Shown here: positions 57,442 through 64,000 of the stretch, piece by piece | How the letters are laid out: each line of letters starts with the position of its first letter | Position numbering within the stretch: the first letter of the stretch is position 1 | DNA from: a virus | Lineage: Duplodnaviria > Caudoviricetes | DNA length: 64,000 nt | Strand: one strand, 5' to 3' | IMG/VR virus record: IMGVR_UViG_2940244548_000002 | Coordinates: 32,001 to 96,000 of that record | Notes under the pieces: model-generated | What the model was told of the DNA's origin: nothing | The model's input: the letters and a program-made list of their open reading frames with translations, nothing else | The model's database searches: none | Position numbers and translations under genes: made by a program

Positions 57442-58425
57442 TTAAGCAGCTCCACAATTTTCACCATACGCTCCAGCTGGCAATAGCCATACATCATCAT
57501 CGGGTATAATTATTGGCACATCGTATATGCTTTGGGTTGCCAAAGTAGCCATAAAACCATTTATTGCCTCGTATGCAGTACCAGAATCTATTAAGGTTTG
57601 CAAATCCATATTGCGCTTAATAGTACACTTAAACAACTTTTCTAGCTCAATGATATACTGTATTTGTTCTGGGCTTATTTTAGCAGCACTGGCAAACTGG
57701 TTTTTATTACCGAAAATACAGAACTTGCATGAGCATCGCCCCCAACCCATGTAATAACAAGGATGTACACGCACACGATACTTTTCTATTATTTCCCATA
57801 CTTGCTGCTCTTTCCAGTCTCGTATTGGGCGAAACCTATCTACATGCCTTGTAAATGCCTTACCGTTTCGTAAGTCTGCACGATCTGGTTCAAGTATTTT
57901 GTATTTGGCTCTTTGCGGGCTCTCTTCGCCTCTTTCTCCAGAGAGTATTAGGGTTCTCTTATTTCTAAAACGCTCCTGATTTATTAAAGAGGTTGAGCAC
58001 ACATCAATTTTCAAATAAGCACTGCACCAACGTACTTTAAGGTCTGCGGATGCTTGTGGAAATCTCAACCTAGTAGATAGTTTACCTTTTTCTCCTCCAG
58101 CTTTGTTTATACAACCATTAGGGAGCTCGAAATATATTGGTGCAGTTAAACTGTTTTCTCTGAACATTTCCCGCTTAAAACCGCCCTCTTTCCATTGGAA
58201 ATAGATTGGCACACCAAAAGCTACTGCAAACTTTCTACAATAGTCTGGGGTAATCTCCCAGTCAAAGAAAGTTTGTTCCCTGCCATCTATTTCTTGATGC
58301 CAGAGCTCAATCTTTTCTTTTGGTACTCCTTGCTCCAGCAGGTAAAGAAAGCACGCTGTGCTATCCTTACCTCCAGAGAAAGAAACTATATAATGGTCGT
58401 AACTATGTAAATCAAAAGCATCCAT
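57442..58425 (-). CDS. PAPS-reductase-family PP-loop protein
   Basis: SFSGGKDS, RWCS..LK, GER.EES..R, PI.DW, HP.Y..G..R.SC..CI. Confidence 0.88.
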   Translation of the reverse strand: MDAFDLHSYDHYIVSFSGGKDSTACFLYLLEQGVPKEKIELWHQEIDGREQTFFDWEITPDYCRKFAVAFGVPIYFQWKEGGFKREMFRENSLTAPIYFELPNGCINKAGGEKGKLSTRLRFPQASADLKVRWCSAYLKIDVCSTSLINQERFRNKRTLILSGERGEESPQRAKYKILEPDRADLRNGKAFTRHVDRFRPIRDWKEQQVWEIIEKYRVRVHPCYYMGWGRCSCKFCIFGNKNQFASAAKISPEQIQYIIELEKLFKCTIKRNMDLQTLIDSGTAYEAINGFMATLATQSIYDVPIIIPDDDVWLLPAGAYGENCGAA

Positions 58426-58433
58426 ATAAAAGT

Positions 58434-59549
58434 TTATTTTGCCTGCGTTAATTGTTCGTATGTAACTGGTATTACTTTGGCAGCAGCAAAATAGGCATTA
58501 GTAGTTAATTGCCTTTGCCATGCCATAAAGCGTGGAGACCAACGGAAGCCATAGCTTTTAAGGTTAGATATAACATCTGGAGCTGGCTTACTGTCGAAAA
58601 GAATTTGTAACCTATCCTCACTGTAATTCTTAACTACAGTACCACCCTCAAAAGCTATTTCTGTATTTTCCCTATTTGCTTTATCAATCTGTTTTTCTTT
58701 AGCTGTTTCGGCAACATCTAACAGCTTAAAAAATTTATGTCGCTCTGTGATAACGATGCTCATTGTTTCGTTAAATTGCCGTATGCAATCAATAGCCTTT
58801 TGCACCATTTTTGTGTCACCTCTTTTGGCGTATGTTTCTACTTTCCCATAAATAGAGGATACAAATAGGGCTTTATGGTAGCCTCTTTCTACTCCAGTAT
58901 TAATCCCATGTATAATAGCTGCGGAATGTAAAATATCTTTTTCAAGTCGTGCCCACTCTTCATTTTGCTTTTGCTCTTCTGGTTTGTTGTTTTCTATACA
59001 TTTTGCAATGGCTTTTAGGGCTTTCTCTCTCCACTGTATAAACTCTCCCATTCTAGCATGTTCCCTATTGTTTGCTTTTTCAGCTTTTCTAACATTGAAC
59101 CCAGAGCCACCAGTAATGGCAGAGCTGGCACAATTAGAGTGTGCAGAGAGCCATGCAGAAAAGTATTTTTTGTAGTTGGAAATGTAACGCTCTTGCTCTT
59201 CCAGAGGTATGTTTTTCAAATCATCATTAAGCTCCTTTTCATAGCTTATTATTGTGCGCTCTCCTGCTCGGTCGGGGTTAAATGAAGTCCAGTAAAATGC
59301 CCTATACGCCAAATCCCAATACTCATCCAGTGTTACATCATATTTCCATGAAACTACTTCCCAATCGCTCATATTCTCCGTGTGCAAAACTTTACTATTA
59401 GCACCCATGCCCACCACATGAGCATACCGCCCCTGCATTAATTCTTGTGCCTTATAGTGGAATGCCCATGTACCCCACTCTGGATTTTTAATATTCTGTA
59501 CGACACTAGCTCTATGGCAATTTCTCTTTGATAAAATAACTTTTTCCAT
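58434..59549 (-). CDS. DUF3560-like / polyvalent-type protein
   Basis: S..ITG.S.F..RK..KAN; RLQI.FD.KP....LK..GFRWSP...AWQRQLT. Confidence 0.6.
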   Translation of the reverse strand: MEKVILSKRNCHRASVVQNIKNPEWGTWAFHYKAQELMQGRYAHVVGMGANSKVLHTENMSDWEVVSWKYDVTLDEYWDLAYRAFYWTSFNPDRAGERTIISYEKELNDDLKNIPLEEQERYISNYKKYFSAWLSAHSNCASSAITGGSGFNVRKAEKANNREHARMGEFIQWREKALKAIAKCIENNKPEEQKQNEEWARLEKDILHSAAIIHGINTGVERGYHKALFVSSIYGKVETYAKRGDTKMVQKAIDCIRQFNETMSIVITERHKFFKLLDVAETAKEKQIDKANRENTEIAFEGGTVVKNYSEDRLQILFDSKPAPDVISNLKSYGFRWSPRFMAWQRQLTTNAYFAAAKVIPVTYEQLTQAK

Positions 59550-59604
59550 TGTTTTTCTTTTATATTGTGTGATGTATATACACGCTTTATGTTCAAAAAA
59601 ATAA

Positions 59605-59898
59605 TTAATAATCTCCTCTGGTTAAATACTCCAGAGCTTCTGTGTGCAGCTCCTCTAGGTTTAAGCCCTCCCTGCTGGGCTCAAATCCAGCTTGATAAGC
59701 ACCCTCTATAGTTGCATTTATTTTGTTTACCTCTGTATTGGCACTGTGTACCCCACGTGTGTAATTGCGCTCTACTTTGCGGGTATCATTATACTTTGCC
59801 TGTGCTGTGCTCTCCAGTACTCGTTTGCTTGTACCTAGTAGCTTTGCTCCGTTTCCTTGCTCATCAAGGGTTTGCTGTATTACTGCTAAAATTCCCAT
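59605..59898 (-). CDS. Hypothetical protein
   Basis: Operon ORF. Confidence 0.55.
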   Translation of the reverse strand: MGILAVIQQTLDEQGNGAKLLGTSKRVLESTAQAKYNDTRKVERNYTRGVHSANTEVNKINATIEGAYQAGFEPSREGLNLEELHTEALEYLTRGDY

Positions 59899-59918
59899 TG
59901 TTTCAAAATTTATAGTTA

Positions 59919-60641
59919 TTAATCAATTACATTAGCTATTTGATAGCAATAGCCATCTTCTTTATTTATTTCTGTGTTAATTATTTGCAAATTGTATTCA
60001 ATCGCTTTGCACTTTACACGCTTAGCCTTACCAGCCATAACAGGTAATTCATAAGGAAATCCATTGTAGAAATATTCCTTTGTTTGCCTAAATCGGAGCT
60101 CAATATTATGCCCATCAGTAATATTAACAAAGGCTTTACCCTCACATGGGTTACTTAAAATAGTCAATATGTGCTTCCCACTTTTTAGAGGAGATATGCG
60201 AGCCAATTTGTTATTTATTTCCATTTGTATTTGAGCTTGATATTCTTTGTATTCTTTTGTAGAACATATTGCCTCTTTTTGAGCTGGTTCTATATACATA
60301 TTATCCAAAGCCCATATTAAATACTGCAAATCAACAGAAGCAATATCTTCTACTGTCCTACCTGTATATTTACCAAATGTTAGATAATTGGGTGGCATAT
60401 TTATCTTTACCGTCTTACCCCATTCTCTTGTAGTTATTCCCCTTAGCCCATCATCGATAGTTACACTGGGATAAAGCTCTTTAACTTTAACAATATCGGA
60501 GCTAATGTTTTTCATATAGCTATATTGATAGTGATTGCCTGTATGCCAATGTTCCCCATAAGCATCAGTTGTATATTGGGGTGTAATTACAACATTCCAT
60601 AAAGTATAATACTTGCTTGCAAATCCTATAACCAAAGCCAT
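59919..60641 (-). CDS. Hypothetical protein with FGKY.G (DUF3820-like) motif
   Basis: LTFGKYTG.T..DI...D..YL.W. Confidence 0.6.
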   Translation of the reverse strand: MALVIGFASKYYTLWNVVITPQYTTDAYGEHWHTGNHYQYSYMKNISSDIVKVKELYPSVTIDDGLRGITTREWGKTVKINMPPNYLTFGKYTGRTVEDIASVDLQYLIWALDNMYIEPAQKEAICSTKEYKEYQAQIQMEINNKLARISPLKSGKHILTILSNPCEGKAFVNITDGHNIELRFRQTKEYFYNGFPYELPVMAGKAKRVKCKAIEYNLQIINTEINKEDGYCYQIANVID

Positions 60642-60654
60642 TATATACCTCCTT

Positions 60655-60867
60655 TTATTTACTAATTTCCAATGTATCCCAGTAGTCTCTTAAATCAGAA
60701 AACATTTCTTTAATATCCTCCATGTTGCTCTCAATAGCAACAATGGGAGTTAGTTTCCTTTCTGCACTCTGGAGTTGAGCGAAATTATCTCCAGTTGGTT
60801 GCTCCATGTGTTTTTTGAGGCAAACCAAATAACTCTCTACTGCATCTAATAAATTCCTGTTTCTCAT
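60655..60867 (-). CDS. Hypothetical protein
   Basis: Operon ORF. Confidence 0.5.
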   Translation of the reverse strand: MRNRNLLDAVESYLVCLKKHMEQPTGDNFAQLQSAERKLTPIVAIESNMEDIKEMFSDLRDYWDTLEISK

Positions 60868-60886
60868 TGCTCTTTCATTTTAATTA

Positions 60887-61225
60887 TTAGCATTCTTCTT
60901 CGTAAGGTTCTAAACCTTTATCGTAATCCATACTATACTCTACATCTGTCATATCTATTTCATGTAGGTATCTACCTGTAACATCAATATACATACAATA
61001 CTCATCTACTTCTACCACATAATAGCCATCGTTATAATCAACATATCCATCTTCGTATATGGTTTGTATAAGCGTTCTGCCATCTTTCAAAACAGAACTT
61101 GCTAATTCATGAGGGTTGCGTATTGTTCCATTGTCATATTCTTGAATATTTGACATTGCTTTCAAAGCCATGTTGGCAATTTGGCGATTCGTTTTACCTC
61201 CTGTATACTTATGTGTTGCTCTCAT
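60887..61225 (-). CDS. Phage hypothetical protein; homolog of 244..555
   Basis: Direct sequence similarity and identical position. Confidence 0.8.
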   Translation of the reverse strand: MRATHKYTGGKTNRQIANMALKAMSNIQEYDNGTIRNPHELASSVLKDGRTLIQTIYEDGYVDYNDGYYVVEVDEYCMYIDVTGRYLHEIDMTDVEYSMDYDKGLEPYEEEC

Positions 61226-61394
61226 TGGATTTATTTTTTTGTTCGTTATACGTGTCTATTTATCACGCTTATTGTATTGCGAAAGTAGTATGATTTATTC
61301 AATAAACAATACTTTTGGCGGAAAAATATTGACTTTTAACAAAGATTAATAAGATTCATTGGAAACTTAAAATGAATTACTTACAAAAGTTATC

Positions 61395-61436
61395 CGTGAT
61401 ATATATACACGCTTTAGTGTGGTTAGACTATTTTTG
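61395..61436 (+). promoter_or_regulatory. Late promoter of head operon: CGTG-N9-CACG box plus TATTTTTG
   Basis: Same geometry as 841-883 in prophage 1. Confidence 0.7.
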
Positions 61437-61458
61437 GCACAAATAACATTAAAGTCTT

Positions 61459-62070
61459 ATGGTTAAACAGAAATTATTACAAGTATTGGTAGGCAAATGC
61501 AAAGACATGGGCTTATCGGAAAAATCTATTGAAGAAATTGCTGGCATTGCAAGCAATGGCTTGAAAGATGGTTCAACAGATGAGGAGATTGAAGCACAGG
61601 CAAACCTTTTTATGCCTGCATTAAAAACAATGCAAGGCGAAGCTACAAGGTGGGCACAACAAGCAAAAGGTACTCCTCCAACCCCTCCAAATCCTCCAGC
61701 ACCTCCAGCTCCGAAACCGAATGAGGACGGAGATTGGAAACAAGCTATTGCTGATTTGGAAACAAAGTACGGTGCTATCATCAAAACACAGGGAGAAACC
61801 ATTACTGGTTTACAATCTAAACTTGATGGTGCAGAGCGTGCAAACACAATTTCTGCCGAGATGAAAAAACTAGGTTTAACTGATGCCGACATGGAATTTA
61901 TCTCTGTGCCCTCGGATGCTAATATTCCAGAGTTTTTGGGAAAGGTTAAGCAGAGTTTTATTAATCGTGGGCTTAAACCAGCAGACACTAGTGTTACTGC
62001 GGAAGCAAAGGAAAAAGCTAATGATGAGTTAGCTAAAACTATGCTTGCCGAGTTTGAAGTTAAACAATAA
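61459..62070 (+). CDS. Capsid scaffolding protein
   Basis: Homolog of 910..1512; Pro-rich linker. Confidence 0.7.
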   Translation: MVKQKLLQVLVGKCKDMGLSEKSIEEIAGIASNGLKDGSTDEEIEAQANLFMPALKTMQGEATRWAQQAKGTPPTPPNPPAPPAPKPNEDGDWKQAIADLETKYGAIIKTQGETITGLQSKLDGAERANTISAEMKKLGLTDADMEFISVPSDANIPEFLGKVKQSFINRGLKPADTSVTAEAKEKANDELAKTMLAEFEVKQ

Positions 62071-62078
62071 TTATCAAA

Positions 62079-62708
62079 GTGATGAAACGACAATTTAGAG
62101 AATTTGGGGGCGACCGCCCTCTGTTTACACTAACCCCAGTACAGGTGGTTGGTGGTTTCACGCTTGACCCTGCACAAACCAACCTTACCAAAGGTGCAGT
62201 TATCCCAGCTGGTACTTTATCCCATGTGGATGAAAATACAAGGCTGGCACAGCTGATTAAGAGTGCAAGGGTTGTAGCGATTGCTGCTGGTGATGCAAAG
62301 GTTGTTACTTTGGAGTCGGACGAATTTAGCAAGCCAATATTTACAATAAACGATTTAATCGGTAAAGACTTGACAGCTACTTTGGCTAACACTCCCAAAA
62401 TAACTGCCATTGCAGAAACCGCTGATGGCATGCAAATCACCCTAAGTAAAGCAATAACTGGCTTAGCCGTTGGAGATGCTTTGTTTGAGGTGGTTGCAGA
62501 TGGTACTAACGTGAAGCTTTTGGCTGAACCAAACTCTATTACCATAACAGACATTGAGGTAAAAGAGGCTGGAGATACAGGTATTGATGTAACACGCAAT
62601 ACAGGTAACGGAGAGGCTTATGCAAGGAGATTACCACCTGTGCCTGCATCATTGCTGGAGGGCAATGTGCTGAAAGGTACAAAGGTGGCTTATACGTATT
62701 CACTCTAA
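62079..62708 (+). CDS. Head decoration protein
   Basis: Homolog of 1521..2159. Confidence 0.6.
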   Translation: MMKRQFREFGGDRPLFTLTPVQVVGGFTLDPAQTNLTKGAVIPAGTLSHVDENTRLAQLIKSARVVAIAAGDAKVVTLESDEFSKPIFTINDLIGKDLTATLANTPKITAIAETADGMQITLSKAITGLAVGDALFEVVADGTNVKLLAEPNSITITDIEVKEAGDTGIDVTRNTGNGEAYARRLPPVPASLLEGNVLKGTKVAYTYSL

Positions 62709-62725
62709 AATAAGGAGGTAATAAC

Positions 62726-63868
62726 ATGGATTCTATTTTTAGTAAAATTAATTTTCCGACTATCCCAGTGGATTTGCTGGCTACGTTACGCATCTTTTTT
62801 GAGATGGGCACAAGAGAAAACAAAGTTCTCTTTGAGCAAACGTACATTGACCGCTGGTTTACATACAATTTGCCACAAATGGATTTGACCTGTGAGGCAA
62901 TTATGGCAAGCTATAAGGTGCGCTTTATGGCTAGCGTGATTGGCAATGAGGCTGCAACCCCATTGCGCCCCTCTGATGGCTTCAAAACATTTACGGAAGA
63001 GATACCACGTATGGGGCACAAGTTCCCTATGTCGGCAAAGAAACTCCGTAAAATGCTAACCATTTTGGAGGCAAGTTCAAAACGGTACACAGACCAGCAA
63101 AAGTTTAATGAGGTTTATAAAATGCTCATGGGTGATACAAAAGAGGCTTATCTAGGTTGCAAGGATACAGCCGACCATATTGTATTACAAGCTCTCTCAA
63201 ACGGTGGTGTAGCTCAATTTACGCCTACTCTTAATAACCCAGACGGTAAAATATTCAAAGTAGATTACCTGATGCCCGAACAAAACAAGAAAAAAGCACC
63301 TAAAAACTGGATTGATGATAACAAAAACAACATCAACCCATTTGAGGAGCTGCAAGCTATTAAGCTGGAGTTTGAGCAAGCGGGTATTACGTTTGGTGAG
63401 ATGTGTGTTAGCCCTGCTCTATATGCGTGGATTATCAGTGCTCCAGCCGTTAAAAAGGCTATTCTGGGTACAGATAAGAGTGGTGGTGTGGTAACGGATG
63501 CCCAGTTAAGGGAAACCCTTTCTCAATATGATTTACCAGCATTTACCAAGATTGTAAAACGTAATGCTATCCAAAAAGATGGTAAGCGTGTAGCAAACTT
63601 GATTAATCCGTGGAATGATAACAACATTGTTTTCAAGCCAGCTGGTACTATCGGTGAAGTACAACCTGCTTTTGAGGATAACGAAATTATCCCAGAGCCA
63701 AATGTGGAGTACATAGATGCTGGCAATGGTATGCGTGTAGCCAAATGGCAGGTTGGAGAAAGCACAGGACAGCAAGCAGGCGAATACACACAAGCATCTT
63801 GGCGTGCATTGCCTATCATCACAGATATTGCTGGAGTGGTAAACTATCAGGTACGTGGTATTCAGTAA
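62726..63868 (+). CDS. Major capsid protein
   Basis: Homolog of 2177..3421. Confidence 0.85.
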   Translation: MDSIFSKINFPTIPVDLLATLRIFFEMGTRENKVLFEQTYIDRWFTYNLPQMDLTCEAIMASYKVRFMASVIGNEAATPLRPSDGFKTFTEEIPRMGHKFPMSAKKLRKMLTILEASSKRYTDQQKFNEVYKMLMGDTKEAYLGCKDTADHIVLQALSNGGVAQFTPTLNNPDGKIFKVDYLMPEQNKKKAPKNWIDDNKNNINPFEELQAIKLEFEQAGITFGEMCVSPALYAWIISAPAVKKAILGTDKSGGVVTDAQLRETLSQYDLPAFTKIVKRNAIQKDGKRVANLINPWNDNNIVFKPAGTIGEVQPAFEDNEIIPEPNVEYIDAGNGMRVAKWQVGESTGQQAGEYTQASWRALPIITDIAGVVNYQVRGIQ

Positions 63869-63880
63869 TAAGGTTGGAGT

Positions 63881-64000
63881 ATGACAAATTTGGAGGCAAT
63901 ACGAGTAGAAGTTAAGCCTTATGAGGCTGATGCTTTGGATTGTGAAAAAGCTCTTAGTGGAGCGTGCAAACGTACTGGTGTAAAAATCGGTATTGCAGAT
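63881..64000 (+). CDS. Head-tail adaptor, partial (MTNLEAIRVEVKPY...)
   Basis: Similar to N-terminus of 3781..4116 (T..EA...E..PY). Confidence 0.55.
   Translation, partial: MTNLEAIRVEVKPYEADALDCEKALSGACKRTGVKIGIAD

Larger units (their letters stand above)
24903..64000 (+). mobile_element. Prophage 2, left portion (integrase to head genes), runs off the window
   Basis: Integrase next to tRNA, repressor/cro, RecT, replication, terminase, portal, MuF, capsid. Confidence 0.92.

Noticed and set aside
61672-61716. CCTCCA tandem repeat
   Set aside because: Encodes the Pro-rich scaffold linker
1-64000. CRISPR array or IS element
   Set aside because: No regularly spaced repeat-spacer units and no transposase recognised
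1-64000. Frequent CTGGAG/GCTGG as a Chi-like signal
   Set aside because: Largely explained by Leu-Glu and Ala-Gly codon pairs; cannot be supported without codon-corrected counts

Overview
The window holds two related temperate siphovirus-type prophages of a Bacteroidota host (TAnnTTTG promoters) lying head-to-tail across a tRNA-Arg(CCT) junction at about 24.9-25.1 kb. Prophage 1 (1 to about 24,925; right part only) has head and tail genes with a -1 frameshifted tail chaperone, a complete avd-less diversity-generating retroelement (target/VR-TR-RT), and a lysis cassette. Prophage 2 (about 24,925 to beyond 64,000; left part) has an integrase, a CI/Cro switch, recombination and replication genes, a nin-like accessory region, a ParB-methyltransferase/SAM-decarboxylase pair, terminase, portal, a MuF protein fused to ADP-ribosyltransferase domains, an inverted accessory operon ending in an ADP-ribosylhydrolase, and a head module homologous to that of prophage 1. 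The best candidates for new biology are: (i) the ParB-MTase plus SpeD pair, whose MTase has a spermidine-synthase-like Asp in motif I, suggesting dcSAM-dependent aminopropylation, possibly of DNA; (ii) an orphan DGR-like variable region inside an early, non-structural gene; (iii) a virion-borne Arg-ART paired with an ARH eraser; (iv) an inverted second copy of the replication-origin iterons 20 kb from the origin; (v) a shared YGTG-N9-CACR regulatory box. All family calls come from motif recognition by eye, not database searches.
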